Source: Candidatus Eremiobacteria bacterium
GTDB lineage: Bacteria; Vulcanimicrobiota; Vulcanimicrobiia; Vulcanimicrobiales; Vulcanimicrobiaceae
Length of the DNA stretch: 64,000 bases
Direction of reading: 5' to 3'
NCBI GenBank assembly: GCA_963758295.1
Contig: CAVWUU010000004.1
Coordinates: 544,001-608,000, forward strand
Below the pieces are notes generated by a model that was not told where the DNA came from, did not search any database, and saw only the letters and a program-made list of their open reading frames with translations. The translations under genes and the position numbers were made by a program. The first letter of the stretch is position 1, and each line of letters begins with the position of its first letter. Shown here piece by piece: positions 41,451-51,256 of this stretch.

Positions 41451-42317
41451 GTGCGCTCCGTGATTGTTCGCAAGCTCACGATGACGGATTTCGTCATGGC
41501 GGCCTTGTCGGACCATAAGCGCAACCGGGGATTTCGTCATGGTGAGCTTGTCGAACCATAAGCGCATCCGCGGATTTCGTCATGGTGAGCTTGTCGAACC
41601 ATCAGCGCATCCCCGGATTTCGTCATGGTGAGCTTGTCGAACCATAAGCGCATCGAAGCTTTGCTGATATCCGCCTGTCCTTCGACAAGCTCAGGATGAC
41701 CGTCATGGTGAGCTTGCCGAACCATAAGCGCATCCGAAGCTTTGCTGATATTCGCCTGTCCTTCGACAAGCTCAGGATGACCGTCATGGTGAGCTTGTCG
41801 AACCATAAGCGCATCCCCGGATTTCGTCATGGTGAGCTTGTCGAACCATAAGCGCATCCGAAGCTTTGCTGATATCCGCCTGTCCTTCGACAAGCTCAGG
41901 ATGACCGTCATGGTGAGCTTGTCGAACCATAAGCGCATCCGACGCTTTGCTGATATCCGCCTGTCCTTCGACAAGCTCAGGATGACGGTCATGGTGAGCT
42001 TGTCGAACCATAAGCGCATCCGAAGCTTTGCTGATATCCGCCATCCTTCGACAAGCTCAGGATGACGGTCATGGTGAGCCTTGTCGAACCATAAGCGCAT
42101 CCGATGCTTTGCTGATATTCGCCTGTCCTTCGACAAGCTCAGGATGACGGTCATGGCGAGCTTGTCGAACCATAAGCGCATCCGAAGCTTTGCTGATATT
42201 CGCCTGTCCTTCGACAAGCTCAGGATGACCGTCATGGTGAGCTTGTCGAACCATAAGCGCATGCGAAGCGTTGCTGATATCCGCCTGTCCTTCGACAAGC
42301 TCAGGATGACGGTCATG
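41451..42317. repeat. REP/BIME-like mosaic array 1: about 8 ~81-bp inverted REP doublets plus several ~43-bp single-REP units
   Basis: GTCATGGTGAGCTTGTCGAACCA-taagcgcatccgaagctttgctgatatccgcctg-TCCTTCGACAAGCTCAGGATGAC repeated between convergent genes. Confidence 0.92.
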
Positions 42318-42348
42318 GGGTCATGCCGTCGTCTTTACCGCGAGCGCC

Positions 42349-43758
42349 TTAGTAGCCGCCCGCGGGCGTCAGCGGGGAGCCCAGCAGCCGGTGTGTCTGC
42401 ATCGCTTCTTTGAACGCCGCGTAGTCTTCTTCAACCTGCTCCGCGTAGGCGTGCGCGAAGTACGCGATCGACTCCGCAAAGGCATCGCTTTTTCCGAGGT
42501 AGCCGGCGATCGACGCGGGTTCTCCCGAGCGGCTGTGTGCGATCGCGAGCGCTTTGGCGCATAGCGAGGCATACTGCTGCAGTTCGGCAAGCGACATCTG
42601 CTCGCTATCGATAGACGCCTTCATGTCTTTGAGCTGCCGCACGTAATATTCGTGCCCGTCGTCGGTGAAGGACCAGCCGAGGAACATATCGCTCGCGGCT
42701 TGCAACAGCTGCTGTCCCACTACGATACGCTGGCCGTGAGCGTCGTAACGGCTCTTCGGTAAATACGCCTCGAGAATCGATTCGCGAGCTTCTTTGATTT
42801 GCAAAACCAACGGATCGTCGCCGGCGGCGAGTAACAGCGCCACGGCACAGCGAGTGCCGACGCTGCCGATCCCGACCACCTTCACGGCGACGTCCACTAA
42901 CGCATAACGGCGCAACAGGAGTTCCACGTCGTCGCGCAACGACACCCGATATCGATCGAAGAGCTGGCGGGCGCCGGCGATGACTTCGTCTTCGCTCGTC
43001 GAGTGATACAGCTCCGGCGGCGCTTCCCGAATGCGACGCTCGGCGCCGTCGCCAACCGTAAATTTCTTGGCAACGCGCACGTGCTGGCCAAGCGGCGCCG
43101 GCTGCTCCGGATCGAACGTCGTGTTCAATAGCGCCGTTAGATCGATGTCGCCCACAAATTCGCGCGCGTCAATGCGCGAGTACCAAACGGAAATGGCCGT
43201 CATCTCGGCGCACTCGGCAACCTGTTTCCGGTACGTCTCAATGATAGCGCGCACGATGTCTTTGCACTCTTCGTCACCGGCTGCGCGCATGCGAGCCGCA
43301 ATGAACACGCTTGTGGCCAGCCGCTTCACATCCCATTCCCACGGGCCCGGCAGCGTCTCGTCGAAATCGTTGATGTCGAAGATAATGTTGCGTTCGGGGG
43401 TTGCGAAGATGCCGAAGTTCTCGATGTGACAATCGCCGCAGCACTGCACGCGCAGCCCGCTCGCCGGCGTGCGCGAGAGGTCGAACGCCATCGCGCTAGG
43501 CAGGCCGCGGAAGAACGCGAACGGCGAGGCCAGCATGCGTTCGTGGCGTAACCGCACGAGGTCAGGAACGCGCCCGCGGTTCGAGGCCTCGAGGATGGAG
43601 ACGACGTCTGGACGATCGGCCGCCGGCCGCCATTGCGCATGGGCGCTGCGCGGAACCGCTTTGCGGCAATACTTGCCGAGCGCGCGCAGTTCCGCGCGGC
43701 TGCGTACCATGGCGGAGTCGAGTTCGGCGGGCGGCATTGCCTCGTGCATCAAAGGCAT
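42349..43758 (-). CDS. DUF2252 family protein
   Basis: RMLASPFAFFRG, CGDCHIENFG, FDINDFDE, WDVKRL, KVVGIGSVGTR, LQIKEA. Confidence 0.92.
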   Translation of the reverse strand: MPLMHEAMPPAELDSAMVRSRAELRALGKYCRKAVPRSAHAQWRPAADRPDVVSILEASNRGRVPDLVRLRHERMLASPFAFFRGLPSAMAFDLSRTPASGLRVQCCGDCHIENFGIFATPERNIIFDINDFDETLPGPWEWDVKRLATSVFIAARMRAAGDEECKDIVRAIIETYRKQVAECAEMTAISVWYSRIDAREFVGDIDLTALLNTTFDPEQPAPLGQHVRVAKKFTVGDGAERRIREAPPELYHSTSEDEVIAGARQLFDRYRVSLRDDVELLLRRYALVDVAVKVVGIGSVGTRCAVALLLAAGDDPLVLQIKEARESILEAYLPKSRYDAHGQRIVVGQQLLQAASDMFLGWSFTDDGHEYYVRQLKDMKASIDSEQMSLAELQQYASLCAKALAIAHSRSGEPASIAGYLGKSDAFAESIAYFAHAYAEQVEEDYAAFKEAMQTHRLLGSPLTPAGGY

Positions 43759-43793
43759 CGTACCCGCCTCTCGCCTGTTTGGGTGCGAAATCG

Positions 43794-44204
43794 CTATCTG
43801 TTGAGGCCTTTCGTCATTAGGCCGAGTTCCCGAGCAGCATCGTGCAGCGCGCGATCCCGCGTTGCTAACGGCAATCCACGTCGAAGCGCGAGTTCGAGAT
43901 AAACAGCGTCATACATCGACAAGGAAAAACGACGCGCGAGCGAAGCTTCGGCGCCGAATGCCTGCCCCGGTTCCAGTTTCACCGGCAGCCCTGCGATATC
44001 GCGAATGAACGCCGAAGCTCGCTCGGCTCCAAGCCGGCCACGCCGCTCCGCAACGAGGAGCGCATTTTCAATCTCCCAAGCCCAAAGCACCGGAGCAATG
44101 GCACCACTCTGCTTCAAGTCGCGCGCAACTTCGATAGCTGCGGCATCGCGTTCGTCCGGAAAAACGAATGCTAATGTGGCCGAAGCGTCGAGGACGAAAC
44201 TCAA
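43794..44204 (-). CDS. vapC: VapC/PIN-domain toxin
   Basis: FVLDAS, E..N, LSMYDAVYLELA, LATRD. Confidence 0.9.
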   Translation of the reverse strand: MSFVLDASATLAFVFPDERDAAAIEVARDLKQSGAIAPVLWAWEIENALLVAERRGRLGAERASAFIRDIAGLPVKLEPGQAFGAEASLARRFSLSMYDAVYLELALRRGLPLATRDRALHDAARELGLMTKGLNR

Positions 44205-44419
44205 CGCCGGCCTTCTTCAATGGCTTCGCGGGTGGGGACGCCTAACGGAATCTCATTTTCGAGCAGGCGATCGATTGAGTTGCTCCCTGCATACTGCGCG
44301 GGAATGAGTTCGGCTACCGGCTCCCCGCGATGGGTGATCAAGATCCGTTCGCCCTTCGCGACGTCTTTAATGAGCGCCGAAAACTGCGTTTTAGCCTGGT
44401 AAACGCCAATGCTCTTCAT
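44201..44419 (-). CDS. Phd/YefM family antitoxin
   Basis: IGVYQAKTQFSALIKDVAKGERILITHRGEPVAELIP; overlaps the toxin start. Confidence 0.9.
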   Translation of the reverse strand: MKSIGVYQAKTQFSALIKDVAKGERILITHRGEPVAELIPAQYAGSNSIDRLLENEIPLGVPTREAIEEGRR

Positions 44420-44423
44420 ATCT

Positions 44424-44451
44424 TCTAGTCTAGTCAGTAGACTAGACTAGA
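44424..44451. promoter_or_regulatory. Toxin-antitoxin operator palindrome
   Basis: TCTAGTCTAGTC-AGTA-GACTAGACTAGA, perfect 12-bp arms immediately upstream of the antitoxin ATG. Confidence 0.75.
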
Positions 44452-44487
44452 GTCAAGGCCAGCGATGGCGTAAGAAATTTAAGCTGG

Positions 44488-44531
44488 CAACTAAATTGTT
44501 AGTTGACACCTTGCGGACGAGCCGCTAATCT
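44488..44531 (+). promoter_or_regulatory. Sigma70 promoter with overlapping palindrome
   Basis: TTGACA (44503)-17 nt-TAATCT; CAACTAA-ATTG-TTAGTTG overlaps the -35. Confidence 0.6.
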
Positions 44532-44572
44532 CTTAATTAATTAGTCTTAATTCTTTAGGAGATGGCGCCGTC

Positions 44573-46630
44573 ATGTTGTCGATGCTTGCCCCTGCAGTTC
44601 AGAGCCCGCCTGCGCTCGACCCCGCCGTAGGCCAGGGATGGCCGCAGACCTCGATTTCGCTGCAGTGGGACGTGGCCCACGCGCGGGCGGCCCAAGATCC
44701 GACGACCGTGAAGTTCGAGACCGACGGCAAGCTGCTCTACGTGCGCTTCGACGCCGTGCAGCACTCGCCGATCATCGCGACGCAGCACGGCGACGACCTG
44801 ATCACCGGGGGCGGCAACGCCAACGGCGGCATCTCGTGGAGCAACGACGATGCGGTCTGGGTCGACTTGTGGCCAACCGGGCCCGGCGGCTTCGAGTATC
44901 AGTTCGAAGCGAATCCGGCCGGAGCGCACAACGAAGCCTCGAGCGAGAACGCGGCATTCGCGCCGCAATGGGAATCGCACGGCTCCATACACGGCAACGC
45001 CTACACGGTGACCATGGCAATTCCCCTCAGTGTCATTCACGGCGCCCACCAGGGGCAGTGGCGCATGCAGTTCATTCGCTACGAACGCGCGAGCGGGGCG
45101 CTCGACGTGTGGTCGTACGAAACATCCCAAACTAGCGCCGATGACTCGGCGCGCGCGGGGACCGTGTCGTTTCCGCTGCTCGCAAAACCGCCGGTGCCAA
45201 AACCGCGCACCGCAATTTACGGACTTGGTTCGATCGCGACCGCCTCGGCCGGCGGTTCGACGTCGCGCATGGGCGCCGACTTCTCGATTCCCGTGACGCC
45301 TACCGCGGCATTCTTCGGCACGCTGCATCCCGACTATTCAAACGTCGAGCTCGATCAGCAATCGATCTCTCCGACGGTGTTTCAACGCACGTATAGCGAA
45401 GTGCGGCCCTTCTTTACCCAAGCGGCGTCGTATTACAACCAGTTCAATTGCAACGTGTGTAACGGCTTTCGCACTACGCTCTACACGCCGGGCATTCCAA
45501 CGCCGGCGCAGGGCTACGCGTTCGAAGGCAAGGAAGGCAACTTCGGTTTAGCGGCGTTCGACGCAATCGGTGATACGCGAACCGATGCGGCGAGCGCGCT
45601 GACGTGGACGTCGAACGACACCCATTGGCAGGCGGCCGCGCAGCACGTTAGCGCCGACGTGCCGGGCATCGTGGACGACTCGAATCAAGTCGGTCTGAAT
45701 TGGTGGAACGGCGGTCACTTGAGCGCCTATGCCAACTACGCAACCGATCGCGGCACGAACGTCCTCGATGCGCGCCAAGGCAACTGGTTCGATGCCGGCG
45801 GCGGCTGGGGTGATCAGCACTTTGCGCTCTACGGGTCGGTACGCAGTGTCGGCAGCTATTTCAATCCCGTCGACGGCTTTGATTCGCATCCCGGCATCGC
45901 GGGTTACGGCTTGTATACCGCGCGTATCTGGACCTTTGCGCCCAAAGACGCGTTCCAATCGGTCGGCATTGACTTCTTCATGGACCGCTATCAGGGCACG
46001 CAATACGGTGTCGCGCAGAGCGACAACAGCATGCTGCTCGACATGCTCTTCAAAAACACGTTCGACGTGCAGCTCTTCTCCGGTTCGGATTACTGGCGCT
46101 TCGATCAGGTGCTCACGCCCATTTCGCAAAACGGCGGCTTCAGCATCACGTATCACAGCGGGATGCAGAATAACGTGGGCAACTTCCCGTCGCACGGTGC
46201 ATCGGCAACGCCCACGCAGATTCAATACTACACCGGGCGGTACGGCGACGGACGGCTCGATACGTGGTTTCGTTCTTCGGTGCTCAAGGTCGGTGAGCGC
46301 GGATCGCTGACATTTACACTCGACAACACGTCGCAATGGATGCCGAAGACCGCGGACAACATTCAGTGGTTCGAAGGCGTCGCATACTCGTACCAGGTCT
46401 CACGGTACTCGTCGCTCGCGATCGGCGTGCGCCGCGTCGTCGGCTTCCCGCCGGTTCCCAACGGCGGCGGAAACTGCGAAGGCGTCTGCTCGAACATTTC
46501 GGTCGCATACCACATGCGATGGAAGAACGAAGAACTGTACGCCGCGTATGGTGACCCGAACACACTCGTTACCGTGCCGCAGGCAATCCTGAAGCTCATC
46601 TTCTACGCCGGAGGCGAGAAGGGAACGTAA
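44573..46630 (+). CDS. Putative outer-membrane protein (CBM9-like N-terminus + DUF5916-like barrel)
   Basis: LYVRFD, DDAVWVDL, YTVTMAIP, then HPDYSNVELDQQ...EVRPFF; beta-strand-rich C-terminus. Confidence 0.65.
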   Translation: MLSMLAPAVQSPPALDPAVGQGWPQTSISLQWDVAHARAAQDPTTVKFETDGKLLYVRFDAVQHSPIIATQHGDDLITGGGNANGGISWSNDDAVWVDLWPTGPGGFEYQFEANPAGAHNEASSENAAFAPQWESHGSIHGNAYTVTMAIPLSVIHGAHQGQWRMQFIRYERASGALDVWSYETSQTSADDSARAGTVSFPLLAKPPVPKPRTAIYGLGSIATASAGGSTSRMGADFSIPVTPTAAFFGTLHPDYSNVELDQQSISPTVFQRTYSEVRPFFTQAASYYNQFNCNVCNGFRTTLYTPGIPTPAQGYAFEGKEGNFGLAAFDAIGDTRTDAASALTWTSNDTHWQAAAQHVSADVPGIVDDSNQVGLNWWNGGHLSAYANYATDRGTNVLDARQGNWFDAGGGWGDQHFALYGSVRSVGSYFNPVDGFDSHPGIAGYGLYTARIWTFAPKDAFQSVGIDFFMDRYQGTQYGVAQSDNSMLLDMLFKNTFDVQLFSGSDYWRFDQVLTPISQNGGFSITYHSGMQNNVGNFPSHGASATPTQIQYYTGRYGDGRLDTWFRSSVLKVGERGSLTFTLDNTSQWMPKTADNIQWFEGVAYSYQVSRYSSLAIGVRRVVGFPPVPNGGGNCEGVCSNISVAYHMRWKNEELYAAYGDPNTLVTVPQAILKLIFYAGGEKGT

Positions 46631-46720
46631 GATGCCGGCGCTGGCCGCCATCCTTTTCCTATTGTCGTACGCTGCAAAAGCCGCGGGCGTGCCCGGCGTA
46701 GGGGTGGGCCGAATCAGAGG

Positions 46721-49120
46721 CTATTCGTGCAACGTCAGGATCAGGCGGATCGATGCTGGGAGAAGGTTTAGCCGGTCGGTCGGGACGTTTGCGAGATACG
46801 TGCCTTTATTCGATGCATAAAGGCCCTGATACGGTACGCCGGCGCCGTAAAGCGTGAACGGGCCGGAAACTTCGTTGAAGATGTTGGTTGCGGCGACAGT
46901 AACGTCGAGCCGGCCGAGGTCTTTCCCAACAGCAACATCGGTTAAGGTGTACGGCTGCTGATTCAACGGATTGTTCCTGCCTGCAAACGTGAAGGCCGTC
47001 GCTGCGTGCCAGCCTTGAAGCGCCCAGCTGAGTTGCATCGATCCTTGCTGCTGCGGTACGCCAAGAAACTGCTGATAATCGACAAGCGTTCCGCCCGACG
47101 TCGGATTCGATACGTTGGGCCCGAGCGCGTATGGATACGCCACATTTAAACCATACGAAAGAATCATGCTTAAATGCTGCTGCGGAAACCGTTGTTTAAA
47201 CTCGACTTCAGCGCCTTGATACACCGCGTTCCCGATGTTGATCGGGATTTCGTAGGCGAAGCCGTTTGGCGCATTACACGAATACCCGGGGTAGTAGTTT
47301 TCGATGGTGTCTCGCAAATTCGACCGGTAGAGCGAGACGTCGACGCTGGCCAAACTAGAGAGCAGCCGCGAGTAGCCCAGTTCGTATTCCGTTGCGTGCT
47401 CAGCTTTTTCGTTGGGATTTCCCTGGCCCGCGACAACGCAATTTGCATCGGCCGGAGGAAGACCGGGGTTCGGCAAGGTTTGGCCGTTTTGAACGACTTC
47501 GGGGAAATAGTAACGTTCGATAAGAAGCGGCGCGCGGAATCCAGTGCCTACCGACGCCCGCACGACGCTCGACGAATCGAGGTCGTAAGTCGTGCCCATG
47601 CGCCAATCCAGCGAATTACCGAACGTGGAGTAATCGGCCTGGTAAACCGCGCCGCTCAGTCGCAGCTTGCCGAATTGCCGGGAACCACGCGCGAAATACG
47701 AGTCGATGCTTTGTTGTTGCAGTTGCGCGATGCCTTGGCCGGCGAGGGACTCTTGGCGCAGATACGCGCCGAAAGAGAACTCGCTCCCTTCGAACGATCG
47801 CTGCCACGACAACGACTCGATATACCGCTTATCTTGATGGGACACGTCGTACGGCGTCACGCCGGTCGACCCGCCGGAGAAATCGACGTTATTGTCGGCG
47901 GCAAAGAGATCGAATGCCAGCGTACCCGCACCCAGCACGGAACGCGAGTACGCGTCGTAGGCCCGAATGCTTTGTGCGAATAGTCCATTGCCGGCGCCCA
48001 CGTGTTGGCCCACGACCGGATTAGGCTCGTTCGTGAAACCGCTCCGGCATTGCGCCGTGCTCGTTTCGTCGCATGGAATGAAGGGGTTCCCGGCAATCCC
48101 GTTTAGAGCGCTGCTTTCATCGCGATTGTCGCCGAGCGTAAAGAACCGTACGCCGGCGTCGGACCGCTGCGAAAAGTTGTAGACCAGATTTGCCGCGCCG
48201 AGCCTTGACGAGATGGTGGAACCCAGATGCGTGGCGACGGGACAATTCGTGCCGGTTGGACTGCAATCAACCGGCGTATTATTAGCGGGCGTAACCGGAA
48301 CCGTCGTGTCCACTTGACCTGACTGTTGATAGTCGTTTCCGGCAATGGCGTAGCCGAGTTTGCCAACTCTTCCGGTCGCATTCATCCAGCTTTGCGAGGT
48401 GCCATAGGATCCGAGAGACCCCGACAAACTTACGTGATTTCCATCGGTCGGCTGAAGGCTGACCAAATTGACGGCCCCGCCAAAGGTGTTGCTGAGCTCC
48501 GTATCCGCGGGCCCAAGGCCCTCGGTAACGTTGAGCCCGCTAAACGCGGGCACGGCAAACTGCGAAAGGTCGAGATCCCCGGTGTTGCCGTCGTTAAGCG
48601 GGTGGCCGTCGAGCGTCACCAGCGCTTCGGAGGGATCCGGCCCGCGCAGTGAAGCGACGGCCGGCGCCGTTGGGGCGCCCGCGTCCGGATGCTGAATGAC
48701 AACCGACGGAACTTGCGCTAGTGCTTGGACGACGTTTGCGTAGCCAAGGTCATCCATCTGCCTGCGCGAGACGTCAATTTCCGGAATGGCATTGCGCTGC
48801 AGCGTGATTCCGCCATTGACCGTCACCGTGCCGATCGTTCGGAGCTTCGGCGAATCCGCGGGCTCCAAAACCACCTCGATCTTGCTGTCGCCGTCGATAT
48901 TGCCTCCGTCCACCGTTACCGTCGCGAAGCCCTGCGCGGTAGCCGTGAGCGTGTACCGTCCCGGCGCAGCCTGCACGGAGAAGACACCTTTATCGTCTGA
49001 AGCCGTTTCAATGCGACGCGGGCCATCGAGGACGATGCGCGCGTGCGCAATCGCCGTTCCGGTTTCGGCGGAGACATGGCCGGTGATCAAACAGCAGATC
49101 GCAAGTAACATTCCGTGCAT
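46721..49120 (-). CDS. TonB-dependent receptor with N-terminal carboxypeptidase-regulatory-like domain
   Basis: ITGHV...PGRYTLTATAQGF, plug LRG...LVTLDGHP, GGAVNL, GTGFRAP. Confidence 0.88.
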   Translation of the reverse strand: MHGMLLAICCLITGHVSAETGTAIAHARIVLDGPRRIETASDDKGVFSVQAAPGRYTLTATAQGFATVTVDGGNIDGDSKIEVVLEPADSPKLRTIGTVTVNGGITLQRNAIPEIDVSRRQMDDLGYANVVQALAQVPSVVIQHPDAGAPTAPAVASLRGPDPSEALVTLDGHPLNDGNTGDLDLSQFAVPAFSGLNVTEGLGPADTELSNTFGGAVNLVSLQPTDGNHVSLSGSLGSYGTSQSWMNATGRVGKLGYAIAGNDYQQSGQVDTTVPVTPANNTPVDCSPTGTNCPVATHLGSTISSRLGAANLVYNFSQRSDAGVRFFTLGDNRDESSALNGIAGNPFIPCDETSTAQCRSGFTNEPNPVVGQHVGAGNGLFAQSIRAYDAYSRSVLGAGTLAFDLFAADNNVDFSGGSTGVTPYDVSHQDKRYIESLSWQRSFEGSEFSFGAYLRQESLAGQGIAQLQQQSIDSYFARGSRQFGKLRLSGAVYQADYSTFGNSLDWRMGTTYDLDSSSVVRASVGTGFRAPLLIERYYFPEVVQNGQTLPNPGLPPADANCVVAGQGNPNEKAEHATEYELGYSRLLSSLASVDVSLYRSNLRDTIENYYPGYSCNAPNGFAYEIPINIGNAVYQGAEVEFKQRFPQQHLSMILSYGLNVAYPYALGPNVSNPTSGGTLVDYQQFLGVPQQQGSMQLSWALQGWHAATAFTFAGRNNPLNQQPYTLTDVAVGKDLGRLDVTVAATNIFNEVSGPFTLYGAGVPYQGLYASNKGTYLANVPTDRLNLLPASIRLILTLHE

Positions 49121-49244
49121 TGAGATAACAAGAGCCGCGCAAGCTTAAAGACAGCTGAGAATGCTCCGATAGTAAGCTTGCTTTATTCTCCGTAGCTTTG
49201 TTCACGGCGGGAGCGCGTGATACGGTACGCGTGAGAGGTCACAC

Positions 49245-49769
49245 ATGCAAGCGAACTTCTTGGATAACAAGCCTTACGTCGAGTACATCGACGGAGAGGC
49301 GATCCGCAAGGTGAGCCCCAAACGGCGCCACGCTATCGTTCAATTAGCGCTTGCGCGGCTGCTCCAAGACGCTAGCGTTGGCCGGGGAACCGTTGGAACC
49401 GAGTGGCGTTTTCATCTTACGCGCGGGCGAAACGAGCGCACGACACTCGTTCCGGACGTTGCCTTTGTTTCATCGAAACGCTTAGCGGCGTTGCCGGAGC
49501 CCGACCGGGAAGAACCGCCGTTCGCGCCGGATATCGCCGCGGAAGTACGCTCGCCGAGCGACAGAATCGCCGTCGTCGAGCGAAAGATCGAACTATATCT
49601 CGCGTTCGGAGCGCTAGTAGTGCTGGACGTTTTGCCCAACCAGCGAATCGTCCGCGCGATAACGGCGGACGGCATTGCGGTAAGGCGCGAAGGCGAATTC
49701 ATCGCTGATGCGCGGCTGCCGTGGCTGCGGATCGGCGTTGCCGGAATATTCGCGGAACTCGACAGATAG
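49245..49769 (+). CDS. Uma2 family (PD-(D/E)xK-like) endonuclease
   Basis: EYIDG...SPKRRH, VPDVAFV, PDIAAEVRSPSD, K..LY. Confidence 0.88.
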   Translation: MQANFLDNKPYVEYIDGEAIRKVSPKRRHAIVQLALARLLQDASVGRGTVGTEWRFHLTRGRNERTTLVPDVAFVSSKRLAALPEPDREEPPFAPDIAAEVRSPSDRIAVVERKIELYLAFGALVVLDVLPNQRIVRAITADGIAVRREGEFIADARLPWLRIGVAGIFAELDR

Positions 49770-49804
49770 GCGGGTTTCGAGCGTTTGCTGATACGGGCCG
49801 CCGA

Positions 49805-51256
49805 TCACGACGCCGTGTACGCGGTTTTGACGATCGTGTAGAATTCGCGGGCGTACCGGCCTTGCTCGCGGGGTCCGTAACTCGAGCCCTTGCGGCCGCC
49901 GAATGGAACGTGGTAATCGACGCCGGCAGTTGGGAGATTCACCATGACCATGCCGGCCTGCGAGTCCCGTTTGAATCGCGAAGCGTATCGCAGCGACGTC
50001 GTGCAAATACCGGCGGATAAGCCGAACGGGGTGTCGTTGGCGACGGCGACGGCTTCGTCGTAATCGTTGACTTCGATAACGGACGCGGCCGGGCCGAAGA
50101 TTTCCTCGCGATTGACGCGCATGTTCGCGTGCGTCTTGGTCCACAAGACCGGCGAGAGATAATAGCCGTCGGTCGAGCGGTTTAGCCGTTCGCCGCCGTA
50201 CGCGAGCTCTGCGCCTTCAGTGCGCGCCACCTCAAGGTACGAGAGGTCCTTTTCGAGTTGACGGCCGTCGACCACCGGGCCGATATGCGTGCCGGATTTC
50301 AGGGCGTCGTCGATTGAGAGCGTCTTGAGTTTTTCAATCGTAGCAGCGACGAAGCGGTCGTGGATGGCTTTCGTAACGATGAGGCGGCTGCTGGCAGTGC
50401 AGCGTTGCCCGGTTGAGTAATACGCACCTTGAATCGCGCAATTTACAGCAACATCGAGATCCGCATCGTCGAGAATAACGAGCGGGTTCTTCCCGCCCAT
50501 TTCCAACTGCAGCTTCTTCATCTGCTGCGCCGCCTTCACGGCGATGTTCCGGCCGATCTCGACGGAGCCGGTAAAGCTCACCGCATCGACATCGGCTGAT
50601 TCAACCAGTGCATCGCCGGCCGTTGCGCCCCGGCCCATCACCAGATTAAAAACCCCGTTGAACGTGCTGCCGTAGATGTCGGCAAACCCGCGGGCGATGA
50701 TGTCGCTCAGCGCCCACGCACATCCGGGAACGAGTTCCGCCGGTTTGAACACGACGCAGTTGCCGTATGCGAGCGCCGGCGCGATTTTCCACGCCGGAAT
50801 CGCGAGCGGAAAGTTCCACGGCGTGATCAACGCCACGACGCCGACCGGCTCGCGCGTGATCTCCACCTCAACGCCGGGCCGCACCGATGGTATGAGCTCG
50901 CCGCCCTGGCGAAGCACTTCACCAGCGAAAAATTTAAAAATCTGACCAGCGCGCGTCGCTTCGCCAATGCCTTCGGGCAGCGTCTTGCCTTCTTCACGCG
51001 AGAGCAGTGTACCGAGTTCTTCTCTGCGCGCGAGAATCTCGGTGCCGATACGGTCGAGCAAATCGAAACGCGGCTGAATACCGCTGCGGGACCAAGCCGC
51101 GAAAACGGCGCGAGCGGCCGCCACGGCGGTGCGCGCATCGTCGGCGCCGGCATGCGCGTACTCACCAACGATGTCGGCGGTGTTCGAAGGATTGACGTTC
51201 CTGTAAACGTCGCTTCCCTCGCGCCAATCTCCGGCGATGAAATTGCGATGAATCAT
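49805..51256 (-). CDS. Aldehyde dehydrogenase, probably alpha-ketoglutarate semialdehyde dehydrogenase
   Basis: ITPWNFP, SFTGS, LEMGGKNP, GQRCTA, EEIFGP; located in the hydroxyproline cluster. Confidence 0.88.
   Translation of the reverse strand: MIHRNFIAGDWREGSDVYRNVNPSNTADIVGEYAHAGADDARTAVAAARAVFAAWSRSGIQPRFDLLDRIGTEILARREELGTLLSREEGKTLPEGIGEATRAGQIFKFFAGEVLRQGGELIPSVRPGVEVEITREPVGVVALITPWNFPLAIPAWKIAPALAYGNCVVFKPAELVPGCAWALSDIIARGFADIYGSTFNGVFNLVMGRGATAGDALVESADVDAVSFTGSVEIGRNIAVKAAQQMKKLQLEMGGKNPLVILDDADLDVAVNCAIQGAYYSTGQRCTASSRLIVTKAIHDRFVAATIEKLKTLSIDDALKSGTHIGPVVDGRQLEKDLSYLEVARTEGAELAYGGERLNRSTDGYYLSPVLWTKTHANMRVNREEIFGPAASVIEVNDYDEAVAVANDTPFGLSAGICTTSLRYASRFKRDSQAGMVMVNLPTAGVDYHVPFGGRKGSSYGPREQGRYAREFYTIVKTAYTAS

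Noticed and set aside
41537..42316. Repetitive ORFs such as MRLWFDKLTMTVILSLSKD (also within arrays 2 and 3)
   Set aside because: These are translations of the REP repeats, with no independent evidence of coding.
41451..42317. CRISPR array (also considered for 55911-56731 and 57799-58206)
   Set aside because: The intervening sequences are repeated rather than unique spacers, arms alternate in orientation in arrays 1 and 2, and no cas genes are present.
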